This document shows positions 12,490 to 25,083 of a DNA stretch of 64,000 nt, one piece after another. The position numbers were made by a program, and so were the translations under genes. The stretch spans positions 5,270,001-5,334,000 of the forward strand of contig JAWMAR010000147.1 of assembly GCA_036785375.1 (NCBI GenBank), given 5' to 3'. The first letter of the stretch is position 1. Each line of letters begins with the position of its first letter. The notes under the pieces are model-generated. The model did no database searches. It was not told where the DNA came from and worked only from the letters and a program-made list of their open reading frames with translations. The DNA is from Leucoraja ocellata (taxonomy: Eukaryota).

Positions 12490-13380
12490 TTAATAGAGGC
12501 CATTTTTAATGGCCAATGGAGCTAACAATTGAAGCCATAAAAGAATTACAATGGTGGGAACACAATGTTAAGTATTGCTCCAACCCAATAGTTATTGACA
12601 ACCCGTCTGTGGTATTACAAACAGATGCCAGTGCAATTGGTTGGGGTGCAACTGATACCATCTCGAGCTGTGGGGGAGATGGAATATACAAGAAGCTAAC
12701 CTACTTAACACTAAGGGTATAAATAATTACTTAGAAATGTTAAGTGCGTTTTAAGTGGGCTAAAATCTTATTGCTCAGGAATGAAACAGCAGCATGTTAG
12801 ATTGCAGATAGATAATACCTCGGTGGTGGCATATATAAATCATATGGGTGGAAATATATCAACATCTTGTGATGAATTGGCAAACTCAATTTGGCAATGG
12901 TGTGTCCAAAGGAATATTTGGTTATCGGCTACGTATCTACCAGGGATACTAATTCAGTGGCAGACACCAGGTCACGAAAATTTATTGAAAGTACTGAATG
13001 GATGTTGGATAGAACGGTATTTGCTGAAATCACAGTAAAGTATGGAAGGCCGGATATTGATTTTTGCATCCAGGTTAAATCACCAGTTACCGAGGTATGT
13101 ATCATGGGAACCAGATCCTGGGGCAGAAGCTACAGATGCATTCTCACTGCACTGGGGGAAATGGTTCATTTATGCATTTCCTCCTTTTCTGCCTAATCAA
13201 TTAGGTACTAAGGGAAATTCAACAGGATTCGGCATCTGGGATTCTCATAGTACCTGATTGGCTTACCCAACCATGGTTCTCCGTGATACAACTTTAAGAC
13301 ATAGTCCTAAGTTGCTGGTGCATCCAGTAACTCAGGATAGCCACCCATGCCATAGAAAATATTGATTTATTGGGTTGTAG
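12490..13380 (+). pseudogene. DIRS RNase H and methyltransferase-like domains, frameshifted
   Basis: LQTDASAIGWGA, IDNTSVVAYINHMGG, FASRLNHQLPRYVSW...DAFSLHW...YAFPPF. Confidence 0.9.
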
Positions 13381-13399
13381 ACTCTAAAAGACCCGCTAC

Positions 13400-14352
13400 G
13401 GGACATGGGGCTATCAAAAGAACTGTGGACATGATCATAGCAGCACAAAGAAGGTCTACACAAAAACAGTATTTAGGTCATATTAGAAAATGGACTAATT
13501 ACTGCCATAATAACCATCTGGACCACAGAAATAAGGATGTTCCGGCGGTGCTAGAGTTTTCTCACCAGCCTGCACTATGAAGGACTTAGTTACAGCACTG
13601 TGAATAGTGCCAAAAGTACATTGTCAAGTTATTTGTGGCAAGGAACAGAAAAACAGTCTGTGGGATCACATCCTCTGGTAGTTAAACTTTTAAGAGGCAT
13701 CTTTAACACCAAGCCACCCAACACAAGATACAACCAAATCTGGGATGTAAGTGTGGTCCTGACCATGCTAAGGAATTGGTCGCCGGCTACAGGATTAACT
13801 GTGGACAAACTAACTAGGGAAATGGTATGCTGATGGCGCTGGTCACAGCGCAAAGGGTCCAGTTATTGCGAATATTAAGACTGGATGGCTTGACTATGGC
13901 AGCAGGAAGTTTGTTTTTTTGTGATCCAGGACCTTATTAAACAAAATAGACCAGGATCAGCGGGGCAGGTCATAGAATTTATGGCCTACCCGGAGGACGA
14001 ACGCCTCTGTATAGTGAAGCACGTTTTGTTATAAATTGAAAGGACAAAGGCTATCAGAGGCAAGGAAATGGCTTTTTTAATCAGCCATAAGAAACCGTAC
14101 CGTAGAATGTCAACTCAGACCATTTCGCGGTGGCTGAAATATGGGTTAAGAAAGGTGGGAGTGGACACTAACATATTTAAATCTCACTCCACGCGGGCTG
14201 CAGCTACATCCGCAGCAAAACGCCTTGATGTATCCATGGACCAAATCCTCAGGACTGCAGGATGGTCGTCGGAGAAAACGTTTCAGAAATTTTATAACAA
14301 ACCAGTTAGGAGTATAGGAACGTTTTCGGGAAAAATTTTAAGTTCTGTATGA
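13400..14352 (+). pseudogene. DIRS tyrosine recombinase, frameshifted
   Basis: N-terminal STQKQY...W...C, TAQRV, HSTRAAATS, GWSSEKTFQKFY (R-H-R-Y catalytic pattern). Confidence 0.93.
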
Positions 14353-14528
14353 TAATTTATCCCTGAAGAATACAAGGGTTATGATTTGAATTAATAAGAT
14401 ATTATTTATCATTTACGTTAAATAATTGGTATGAATGTTTTGAATATCATTAACAATTTCTCCCAAACTACCAAGGCAGTTGTGGAGCATGGACTCGTTC
14501 CACGGCATGAGGTCACAGAATTTTGAAA

Positions 14529-14641
14529 TCTTCACGTAGTCACTCACATGACTCCGAAGTAAAATAGTAAGATTAAACGAGAACTTACCAGTTTGAAGTT
14601 TGATCTTTATTTTATGAGGAGGAACGTTGAGGGAATACGTG
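14529..14641. repeat. DIRS internal complementary region (ICR)
   Basis: 14529-14566 is the reverse complement of 9160-9197 (1 mismatch). 14563-14641 is the reverse complement of about 14784-14862 (1 mismatch). Confidence 0.97.
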
Positions 14642-15759
14642 CCCTCCGCTCCCACCCTTGTATGGTCATATCTTAAACTGGTATCTCTTTAATAATCTTA
14701 CTATCTTAGGTCATTATAGTGTATCTGTGACCTCACACCGCTGCTTTGAAGGATGACACGCATGCGTCGTAAGCGGGGTTCTTCACGTATTCCCTCAACG
14801 TTCCTCCTCATAAAATAAAGATCAAATTTCAAACTGGTAAGTTCTCGTTTAATCTTACTATTAATTGTAACCTTTAGAAATATTTAATTACAGAATGCAA
14901 TGGTTCTTGCTAACAAATTATTCTTAATACAAAGTTACAATCACATTGCTGCTTACATCGCTTATTTAATCTAAGTTTTTAATGTAGATATTACATAAAA
15001 CTACATATACTATTATTTATGCATTGTTAATCAAGTCATAGAAAACATCTATACAAAACCTTCTCTAGTGAATCCACTGTTTCTGTCAATATGCTGCATT
15101 TGGTTAAGTCAATATTGAAAACGTTGAAACAGGAATGTCAGAACTCTACATGTAATCACTACAGACCAAAACAATAAAGATAACTCATTTCCACCTGCAA
15201 GAATACATGTGGGAGAAATAATTATGTTCTTTGCAATGAGTCAAGGTCACAAACTATAAATGTAGAAAAGACATGCACATAATGGGAAAGATGAATGCTA
15301 GAATTTATTAAAATAAAATTTAAGAAAATATATTGTAACCTTCAAAATATAAATGAAGCAATAGATGGATTGTAACTACAGGACAATACAAAATTATTTA
15401 TCAGACTATGTTTATCCTATTGAACCATACATATAGTTGTGGCATATGGGATTTGTCCACTGCTTTCCAAAATAAAAGTCAATTATTTAATATTTTAGAC
15501 ACACATTATAACATTTTGGAATCTAAAACAATTGTGAATTGAAACAGTTTTTCAATTCCATTTAAAATATACATACTCTTTCGCTAAAAGTTATATTACA
15601 CAAATGATTCACAGGTTAACAGTTCGAAAGGAAATGGTTTAGGTCAGAAAGCGACAGTTTTGTGGAAGTATAAAATCAACACACAGAAAAAATAAATCCC
15701 AACTAAACCATCAATCAAACAAGTATCTGGACGTAACAGAACAGCCTGGAAAATTCAAA

Positions 15760-17380
15760 TTGCCAAAGGAGATATAAGGATGACTTAATGGAAAGTTTTT
15801 TATAACAACGTATTATAATTTCAACCAGGAATAAGCTATTTTAGATCTCGTTATGTGCGAAAAGCTGATTAATCAAAAATGTCACAATAAATCATACACA
15901 AAAAGAGTGAATGTCAACGTTTTTTTCACTCTCATAATGGATTCAACATCTCAAATTAATGCCTTAAGTGAAGGCAAACAGATAGGTATGTGAAGCAAAT
16001 TTACAAAGGCAGAACAAGAAACTAGATTCAAAGATGCAGTTGAATAAACAATAATTTTATAATTCTCCACAGGTATACTCTGAGAAATATAGACACTATG
16101 CAATAGTGGTCGAGTGGATGATATAAAAATGGATTGTGCAATTTTCTGCAATTTCATAAATTGAGAATAGTAAAGTAAATGTTGGTTCTACAGAAGCCAA
16201 GACTGGAGAAACTAACGATGGAGAAAAAATAAATCACAGAAATGTTACAAAAATATTTTGTAGCTGTGTTTACTGTGGAAGACATTGAAAGCATAAGTAA
16301 TGTTTTATTAAAAAGCAAAAATGAATGATTAATAGCATTATAGAGGCCTTATTATAGAATAATTATAGAACTTGAAACAATAGATATCAGTAGAAACGTA
16401 ATGAGATGAATTAATGAGACGAAGGGATGACAAGATTTGATTGCCTGGGAAAAATGTAAAGCAAAAGCTAAAATAGACCCAAAATGCTGGAGTAACTCAG
16501 TGGGTCAGACAGCATCTCTAGAGAAAATGAATAGATGATGTTTTGGGTTGAGACTCTTCTTCAGACTGGAGAAGGGTCTCAATCAGAAACATCACCTATT
16601 CCTTTTCTCCAGAGATGCTGTCTGACCCGTTGAGTTACTCCAGCTTTCTGTGGCTATATTTGGTTTAAACCAACATCTGTAGTTCCTTCCTACACATAAA
16701 GCAAAGCTAGTTAGGTTTACACCAGATGTCAGGATAATACCGGAATACATTATTAACAAATAAATAATTATGCATGTGGAACACTAACAAGATTAGAAAT
16801 AGCCATCAGGACCTTATGAACAAAGATGACATATAAAAAATTATTAGGATACTTTAATGGGAGCCTTAGATCCTGAGTATTTAAGTTTCCATATATCCTT
16901 CAACAAAGGGACACATAAAAGGTTACTTAACAAGACAAGTTTCATGAGACATAGTATTAGTTCACAGACAGGAATAAGTTATTTATTTGTAGGTTGAACT
17001 AAGACACTCTAGAGTTTAGAGGTGATTACCTCAATGAACGTTTCGCGCGGCGTGAAATGTGTGCTTAACCGGTTAGATTCTCTGAGGATATTACGCCTGG
17101 TACAGGGAGTTCAAAACCATGAAGAAAAATCGCAGGATAGGGAAATGGAATTGCTTTTCCAGATGGTTGCAGAGTCTGAGAATTCTCAATCATAGAGGGG
17201 TGTGAATTTTAAGTCATTCAATACATTCAAAGCTGAAGAAAATAGATTTGGGGGGATTATCAAACTTGGGGATTAGGTAAAGAAAGTGTGGAGGCCAGGA
17301 ATCAGATCAGCAATATTCACAGAATGGTGGAGTAGGCTTGATGGGCCAAGTGAGGCACCTCTCCACAATTTAATTTGTTC
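15760..17380 (+). mobile_element. Highly decayed CR1-like LINE remnants
   Basis: Scattered motifs (TATTTTGTAGCTGTGTTTACTGTGGAAGAC, GAATGGTGGAGTAGGCTTGATGGGCCAA). Confidence 0.55.
16471..16696. mobile_element. Hairpin mini-element made of two inverted Penelope pLTR pieces
   Basis: Inverted arms meet near 16566; flanked by TAAAGCAAA(A)GCTA at 16457-16470 and 16697-16709. Confidence 0.85.
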
Positions 17381-17804
17381 TTAAAGGGTCAGGAAGACAT
17401 TAATGATTGATGAAAGTAATAACTGATGCTTAGTTATCCCTATTTTTATCTGCACATCTTTCTTGTCTAGCCACTCACAAGAAAGCAACAACGAGGGTTG
17501 GAGATGAGGTGATAGCAAGGGGAAAGCTACTGGGGAAGAAACAATAGAGAAGGAAAGAAAGAGATCAGCCCAGAAATTATCAAGAAGAGATGAAGGAATA
17601 AGATGAACAGAGTGCACGATACAAGAACAGTAGAGAGGGGTAAGTGACAATATTTCAGAACTTTTTAGTGTTATATTAAAATTGCCCACCTAGCATATTA
17701 ATTATGTGTAAACATGATTCCTATGTTGCCTCCTGTGTTAGATCAAGGTTTTACATATGATTGGCATGGACAGGATCTGAAGGACTGATTTGATGCTGTA
17801 TTTC

Positions 17805-18360
17805 ATGTTCATAAGCCATAGGAGCAGAATTAGGCCATTTGGCCCATTGGGTCTGTCATTCAATCATGGCTGACCTATCTTTCCCTCTCAGCCCCATTCT
17901 CCTGTCTTTTCCCAGTAACATTTGACACCCTTACTAATTAAAAAAACTGTCAACCTCTGCTTTAAAAATACCCAAAGATTTGGCCTCCACATTCATCTGT
18001 GGCAATGAATTCCACAGATTCAACATCCTCTGACAAAATAAATTCCATCTCATCTTCTTTCTGAAGGTATGTCATTTTATTCTGAGGCTGTGCTCACTGG
18101 CCCTAGATTATCTGACTAATGGAAATATCCTCTGCACATTCCCCCTCATTCTACTAAACTCCAGCCAGTACAGGCCTACAGCTGTCACATGCTCATCACA
18201 TATTAACCCAATCAACTCACGGATAATTCTTGTAAACCTCTTTTGGACCCTCTCCAACGTCAGCACATCCCTCCTCAGATATGGGGCACAAAACCACTGA
18301 CAATACTCAAATGTAGAATGACCAGTGCCTTATAAAGCCTCAGCATTACATCCCTGCTTT
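17805..18360 (-). mobile_element. CR1/HER1-like LINE 3' fragment
   Basis: GGAGCAGAATTAGGCCATTTGGCCC...GAATTCCACAGATTC pattern in reverse orientation. Confidence 0.8.
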
Positions 18361-19118
18361 TTAATTTAACGCTCATTAACCCTCATATCACATTAAATCG
18401 GAAGTTACTAAATATGATTTTAACAGCCCTTAAACAGTGAAGGATATACAGCAAACTAGTCTGCCATAATCCCTTTATTTGTGTAAATTTAACATTGTTC
18501 CACACTCCAATCCCAATCCCCAAAAAATTCTAACCACTCAACTTGTCCATCTACGTAATCTCATCCATGTCAATAGTTTACTTCAACCACCTGAAGTGTT
18601 CAGAAGCTTGAATTTGTTTTGTCAAGACCACTGTGGAGTGCCAGAAACATTTTCAATTCCAGATTATATCAATTTTGCAGCATTGCCGTCTGTACAGCTG
18701 TTTGGTTTGAACATTTATTGAATAACAATCATTTTGATTTAAGTGTGGGCTGTTTGCAATTTCAATCTTTTAACAACATCAAACCTACCCCCAACAGCCT
18801 CTATTCCCATGGTGGGGCCTTTGGAATATTACCTATACCCTTGCGGCACCTCCACTCCGTCATCTAGCATAATTTATTTTAGTATCCATTTCTTGCATTT
18901 GCCAGTGCGATTGTTTTAAAATGAATTCAGATCACGCTAGAATTCTAACTGCCTTTACTAAACATTCAGATGGGTCTCCTTGCTTTAACATTTCTTATTA
19001 GAAGAAATACTTACTAGTTTTCTAAGATTTTTTAATATATTTCATTAATAACAACACATTAGCATTTTATCATTTGTTATTCAAATTTAATGAAAGATGA
19101 TTTCAACTTTAGTTGAAA

Positions 19119-19981
19119 CTAGACCAAGTGCAGACCCGTTGGGTCTGTTTCCCCAACGGCGTTTGTGGGGGGGGGGGGGGAGGCTGCGGCATCACACTCA
19201 CATTAACCACCCCCCAAACACACAGATGGGGGGAGGGGGGGTGAGAAGAGGGGAGGGAGGGGAGAGGAGGAGGAGGAAACGGGACAGATTTGGGAGGGAA
19301 AGGAGAGCGGGGTAGGGGGTGAGAGAGGGGGATGGGGAGAGAGATGTAGGGGGGGGGGGTGGGGAGGGGGGATGGGGAGGGAGGGGGAGGAGGGAGGGAG
19401 GGGGAGAGGGGTGGGGGAAGGGAGGGGAAATAGTGGGGAGGGAGAGTGGAGGGGGAAGAAGGGGGAGAGGTGGAAGAGTGGGGAGGGAGGATTAGGGGGA
19501 GTGGAGGAAGAGGGACAGAAGGGTAGGGGGAAGGGGGCGGGGGGTGGGGTAGAGAGTGAAGGGGGGTGGGGGAGAGAGGGATGGGTGGGAGAGGGAGCAG
19601 GGTGAGGAGAGGGAAACATAGAAACATAAGATTCTATAAGATCCCCCCTCAATCTTCTAAATTCTAGCGAGTACAAACCGAGTGTATCCAGTCTTTCTTC
19701 ATATGAAAGTACTGACATCCCAGGAATCAGTCTGGTTAACCTTCTCTGTACTCCCTCTATGGCAAGAATGTCTTTGGGCATTGGGCATTGTGACATCACA
19801 CGATGGAACGTTCACCAGGGGCTGGGGCTGGGGCGGGTGCAAAGGTATATGTAAATGGATCCATTCCGATTGGACATCTGCAAGCATTGGGCATTGTGAC
19901 ATCACACGATGGAACGAATCAAAAGGCAGAAAGGCAGCAGGACGGACGGACGGCGGCAGCCACAGACTTTTAAATATATAA
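19119..19981 (-). mobile_element. Non-autonomous Helitron copy A, with CR1 cargo at about 19612-19773
   Basis: Minus-strand 3' end CAGACCC-AAC-GGGTCTG hairpin, 8 nt, then CTAG|T. AT-rich TATATATTTAAAAGTC 5' region; purine-rich body. Confidence 0.85.
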
Positions 19982-21223
19982 CTAGACCAAGTGCAGACCC
20001 GTTGGGTCTGTTTCCCCAACGGCGTTTGCGGGGGGGGGGGGGGGGGAGGAGAGTGAGAGCAGAGAGGGGTGAGGACAGGGAGAGCAGAGAGGGGTGGGAG
20101 AGGGGGTGGAGAGAGGGATGGGGAGGGGGAGGGGCGGAGGGAGGGGAGGAGGGAGATGGGGTAGAGAGGTGGGGGAGAGGGAAGGTGAGTGGGAGTGAGA
20201 GGGATGGGAGGGGGAAGAGAGAGAGGGGTGAAGAGGGAGGAGAGAGCGATGGGGAGAGGAGAGAGATGTGGGGGGGAGGGAGAGGAGGAGGGAAGGGGTA
20301 GGGGAGGGAGGGGGAAGAATGTGGAGGGAGGGGGAATAGTGTGGAGGGGAGAGGGGTGGGGTGAGAGGGGGGGAAAGAGTGATAGTGGGAGGGGGAGAGG
20401 TGGAAGAGTAGGGAGGGTCAGGGGGAAAGGGGTGGGGGAGAGAGGGGAGGGAGGGAGAAAGGAGGGGGAGGGAGAGGGGTGGGGTGAGGGAGAGAAGTGG
20501 AAGAGTGGGGCGGGAGGGGTAGGGGGAGTGTTGGAAGAGGGACAGAGGGGTAGGGGGAAGGGGGCGGGGGAGAGAGGGAGAGAGGGAAGGGGGTGGTGGT
20601 AGGGAGGGAAGGGGGGTGGGGGAGAGAGGGGTGGGTGGGAGAGGGAGAGAGAGGGGTGAGGAGAGGGAAACAGAAACATAGAAATTAAGTAGGCCATTCG
20701 GCCCTTCGAGCCTGCACCACCATTCAATATGATCATGGCTGATCATCCAACTCAGTATCATGTACCTGCCTTCTCTCCATACCACCTGATCCCTTTAGCC
20801 ACAAGGGCAACATCTAACTCCCTATTAAATATAGCCAATGAACTGGCCTCAACTACCTTCTGTGGCAGATAATTCCAGAGATTCACCACTCTCTGTGTGA
20901 AAAATGTTTTTCTCATCTTGGTCCTAAAGGATTTCCCCATTATCCTTAAACTGTGACCCCTTGTTCTGGACTTCCCCAACATCTGGAACAATCTTCCTGC
21001 ATCTAGCCTGTCCAACCCCTTAAGAATTTTGTAAGTTTCTGTAAGATCCCCCCTCAATCTTCTAAAATCTAGCGAGTACAAGCCGAGTCTATCAAGTCTT
21101 TCTTCATATGAAAGTACGGACATCCCAGGAATCAGTCTGGTGAACCTTCTCTGTACTCCCTCTATGACAAGAATGTATTTGTGCATTGGGCATTGTGACA
21201 TCACACGATGGAACGTTCACCAT
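19982..21223 (-). mobile_element. Non-autonomous Helitron copy B, same family as A, 5'-truncated
   Basis: Identical hairpin-CTAG end directly abutting copy A; same cargo junction. Confidence 0.85.
20672..21180 (-). mobile_element. CR1/HER1-like LINE 3' fragment carried inside Helitron B
   Basis: ORF 20758-21204 EGVQRRFTRLIPGM...FFTQRVVNLWN is nearly identical to the copy at 4647-5546. Confidence 0.93.
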
Positions 21224-21651
21224 CTGTAGACCACTATCTCATTTTCCACACTTCCAGAAACCAAACTATTAAGATTTCCAAACATTTGGATGCCGGATTA
21301 TCAGTTTTACTGTAAACTAATTTCTACTGACATTTACATGCAGCAATGTATATACGTTATAATGTCGCAAAAGATTTTACCTTACCAACATATTAACATA
21401 TGAATACAATCTGTTTTGATGTTAATGAGTACAATTGGCAATGTGTGCAGTTTCGTCACCACATTATAGGAAGTGTGATTGAATTGGAGAGGATATAGAA
21501 TAGATCAACCAGGGCATTGCCAGGATTGGCCGTTTTGAGTCATGGAAAGAGATTGAAAAGGATTGGCTTGTTTTCCCAACGCAAGAGGCTTTGGATGACC
21601 TGATAAAATTATACAAGATTATGGGAGGCATAGACATGTGAGATAGTCAAT

Positions 21652-22400
21652 ATCAAAGGTATCAAAGGTATTTTATTAGTCACATTCACATACACCCAGG
21701 TGTAGTGAAGTGAAATGCTTTTTGCCATTTTGCAGCACACAATAAAAGAATACAGACATAACACCAATGAGAGTCTTAAACACATAGAACATCCCCCCAC
21801 AATGGCTCCCACCATGAGGGAAGGCACAAAGTCCAGTCCCCAACCCCAGTTCACCCATAGTCGGGCCTATTGAGGCCTCCACAGTTGCCTCTACGGAGGC
21901 CCGATGTTCCTGGCCGTTCTCGCCGGGTGATGTTGCTCCGGCGTCGGGAGAGTCCTCCCAGCGGCCTAGGAACCTTGGAACGACCGCTTCCGCACTGGAG
22001 GCCGCGGCTTCCGAAGCCAACAAGGCCGCGCCGGTTCGAGCTCCACAACTGGCGATCTCATCTAGAGATCCCAGGCTCCCGATGTTAAGTTCAGCGCCGC
22101 CGCCCGCAGCTGGCTGCTCCACAGACCCGCAGCTCTGCGATGTTTTACCCGACGGTCTCAGCTCACCAGAGCTCTAGCGCGGCGACCCAGGCAAGGCATC
22201 GCCCGCTCCGCGATAGCGCTCCAGCGCTGTGCCGCCGTCGAAGCCGAGGTTCTGGGCGGTCCCCTACAGGAAACGCTGCTCCAGGCCCGCTGGTAGGCCG
22301 CGAGGACGGGTCAAAGCTGCAGCCTGGAGAAAAGCTGCCTCTCCGACCAGGTAGAGACCCTGAAAGGTAGTTTCCCCCTTCCCCACCACTATCTTCTTCC
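21652..22400 (-). mobile_element. Non-autonomous GC-rich retroelement inserted in an old CR1 remnant
   Basis: Shares AAGGCATCGCCCGCTCCGCGAT and GGAGGCCCGATG...CTCGCCGGG with 43831-44620; (TACCTTTGA)n tail. Confidence 0.75.
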
Positions 22401-22499
22401 ATTGTAGTGGTATTAAACAAAAATGGGCATAGGTTTAAGGTAAGAGGAAGGTATTTTAAAGGGAATCTGAAGGGTGAGTTACATGGAGAGTGTTGATAT

Positions 22500-22769
22500 T
22501 AGGCCGTGTGGCGAGCTTCGAAAATGTGTCTAGAATTTAACTTTCATGACCCATGTCTGGGGACGACTTGAAATTTTGCAGAGATTTAGATAAAATATAA
22601 TTGAGAAGGAAGTCATAACTCGTCAGTGCCAAAGGTTGCACATTAATTAATTAAGCTAATTAGAAAATGACATCGAAAAAGGAAGCGCTATCTAGTGTTC
22701 AATGCTCATATTACTCCATGGGAGCCTAATTCCATGCTGCTGTTTATTTAAACCATATATTATCATACC

Positions 22770-22823
<54 letters not shown>

Positions 22824-23413
22824 TGAATATGACTGTAATTATATATAATTACATTATATAAAAATAATATAATGAATATTATTATGAGTGTGTATTTTGA
22901 ATGAGACACCCGCAGAGGTCCGGCTCCTGAACCCGCCTAATTAATTCGCCCCCCCTTCCAGAGCTGCCCACGGCTGGAGCTGGAGCAGCTTTGGGACCGG
23001 CTGTGGGCTCCATATGTGTGGCCACTCAGCACATCCACCTCAGCCAGCATGCCCTTCTGGATCATCATGGTGATGATAGTGGGGGGCAACACTGCCCTGC
23101 ACGCCGCCCGGGCCGCCTTCAGCACCCCCATAGCGCCGGCTCCGTCGGTCCGACTGCTCGTTCGCTGCAACACCGGCCGTCCGACCACTCGCAGCATCCA
23201 CCTGCGACCCGACAGCCCGACCGATCCTCCGCTGCACTCACTGCCGGCGCAACAGCCGACCGATCCTTCACAGCACTCAGTTTTGCTGTATTTTTTTCCC
23301 TTAACATCGAAAAACGTTGTAGTTCACCACTAAAGAATGTAAATTGTGAGTATATAACATAGAATCCCAGGGGATCCATATGCAACCACTTTAACAATGA
23401 TCTTTCTGGCCTA
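22500..23413. mobile_element. Probable non-autonomous DNA transposon with (TA)n tract and GC-rich cassette
   Basis: TAGGCC...GGCCTA ends (6 bp only), sharp compositional change, no clear TSD. Confidence 0.4.
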
Positions 23414-23479
23414 AACATTAGTACTAATTCCTGGTTACATCAATGGAAGATGCAAAGTAACTAAATTTGCTGATGAAAT

Positions 23480-23820
23480 AGTAGGCCATTTCAACCTATT
23501 GAGTCTATGCTCGAAACAGAGTAATTCCATTCCCCCACTAATTTTTCTTGTAATCTATTTCCTCCACAATGTCAGCAGTCATCCCCACCTTCCCCTGTGA
23601 TTCTACCACTCACCACACACTCAGGGCGATTAACGGTTTGCCAATTTATCTATCAACCTGCATAACTTTGGAATGTGGGAGGAATCTGGTGTACCTAGAC
23701 GCAGCATACGCTGTAAACGGGAGAACATGCAAACTCCATGCAGCAGCACAGGAGTCAGATAAAGCCTGTATTGTTGGAGCTATGAAGTGGCAGTTTCAAC
23801 TGGCTGTGCTGAATATGCCA
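23480..23820 (-). mobile_element. Old tRNA-derived V-SINE-like element
   Basis: TTTGGAATGTGGGAGGAA...GGGAGAACATGCAAACTCCA is the reverse of the V-domain seen at 31736-32048. Confidence 0.7.
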
Positions 23821-24762
23821 CTTCTATTACACACTCCTTCAAAGATTTTACGATGATTTCACTCTCAGTAGATTGGAAAAGTAAACTATATATGTATATA
23901 TATATATATATATATATAGTGGATTAGCAATATATAGGAACTGTTTAGATGAAGACCACCGACCCAAACTATCGACAGTCCCTTTCCCTCCATAGCTGCG
24001 TCCTGACTTGCTACGTTCCTCTAGCAGCATGATTTCCAGATTCCAGCATCTGTGGTCTTTTGTGTCTATATTGTGTATATATAGATTAAATTATTTCAGT
24101 TTTCCCTTTATTCCTTTGCTGCATTCGTTTACAGGTTATTTTTCTGGAAAGTGCAGCAATTCTTAGCAGAATTGTGACAGTAAGTGTGCCAAACCACAAT
24201 AGTATAAACTTCCATTCATTTCTCTCTCTTTTCATATTTGATGACCAGCATCTGATGAAGAATATGGCCCCACTGAGGCCAATTGGTTTCTTGCATCTCT
24301 CAGCTTGTGCTGCCAAAACCAGTTTTTTTTTTAGATTTGGTTTCGGAGTCTTTGTATCTTTTATTTTATCTACCAAGAGAAACCTGGCTGTGGTTCCTCT
24401 AACATTTGAGGAAACTTGCCAGTATCAATATTTCCCATGTAAAGGCTCTAGGTAAAAATAACTTCCTTTGAAGAGTCTTAAATAGTTTTGATAAAACTAC
24501 TTGCATTTAAATTTCTGTGAATAGCTTAATTCTTTTAAAATATTCATGTATAGAAATTGAAAGACGTGCATTTGAATTGCTGTGCAGTTTCATTGCAAAA
24601 TGTCAAGTTTTCAGTTCTTACTACTACGGTACAAATACACATATTCACTAGTCTGTAAAGATTTGCAGTGTGAAGCTATTCCTTCAATGAATAAACCACC
24701 ATATTGTGCTCTGCAAAGACTGACTCCAATTATTTAATTTAAAATCAACACTCATCTGCTAA

Positions 24763-25083
24763 AGGGCCGGTCCCACTGTACAAGGTAATTCAAGAGTTCT
24801 CCCGAGTTCTCCTCTGTAATGTACGTAGCGGGTACGTAGGGGCTTGTACGAGTAAAAAGTAAAACATTTTTTCATCACGAGTATTTTTTTACTTGTGGAC
24901 TTTTTTAACAGTGTTGAAAAACGTCACGAGTTTACCGGATTTCCCGAGTACCTACCGTTACTCGTACGAACCGCTAAGTGACATCCACGAGTCCTACATA
25001 CCCGCTACGTACATTATACAAGCTCGAATCAGGGGAGAACTCGGGGGAACTCTTGAATTACCTCGTACAGTGGGACAGGCCCT
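24763..25083. mobile_element. PIF/Harbinger MITE
   Basis: TIRs AGGGCCGGTCCCACTGTAC / GTACAGTGGGACAGGCCCT; TAA TSD on both sides. Confidence 0.92.

Larger units (their letters stand above)
9160..14862 (+). mobile_element. DIRS1-type tyrosine-recombinase retrotransposon, full structure, inactivated
   Basis: Perfect 37-bp ITRs at 9188-9224 and 14753-14789; an internal complementary region matching both outer ends; gag, RT, RNase H, MT and YR remnants in order. Confidence 0.97.

Noticed and set aside
13042-14352. Methyltransferase-like and integrase-like ORFs as phage or bacterial DNA
   Set aside because: Both are standard DIRS1 domains within the ITR-bounded element.
19109-20785. Long Pro-rich and Gly-rich ORFs
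   Set aside because: Artefacts of G/A-only low-complexity tracts inside Helitrons.
23016-23333. GGNTALHAA as an ankyrin repeat
   Set aside because: An isolated motif with no flanking ankyrin pattern; codon bias favours the opposite strand.
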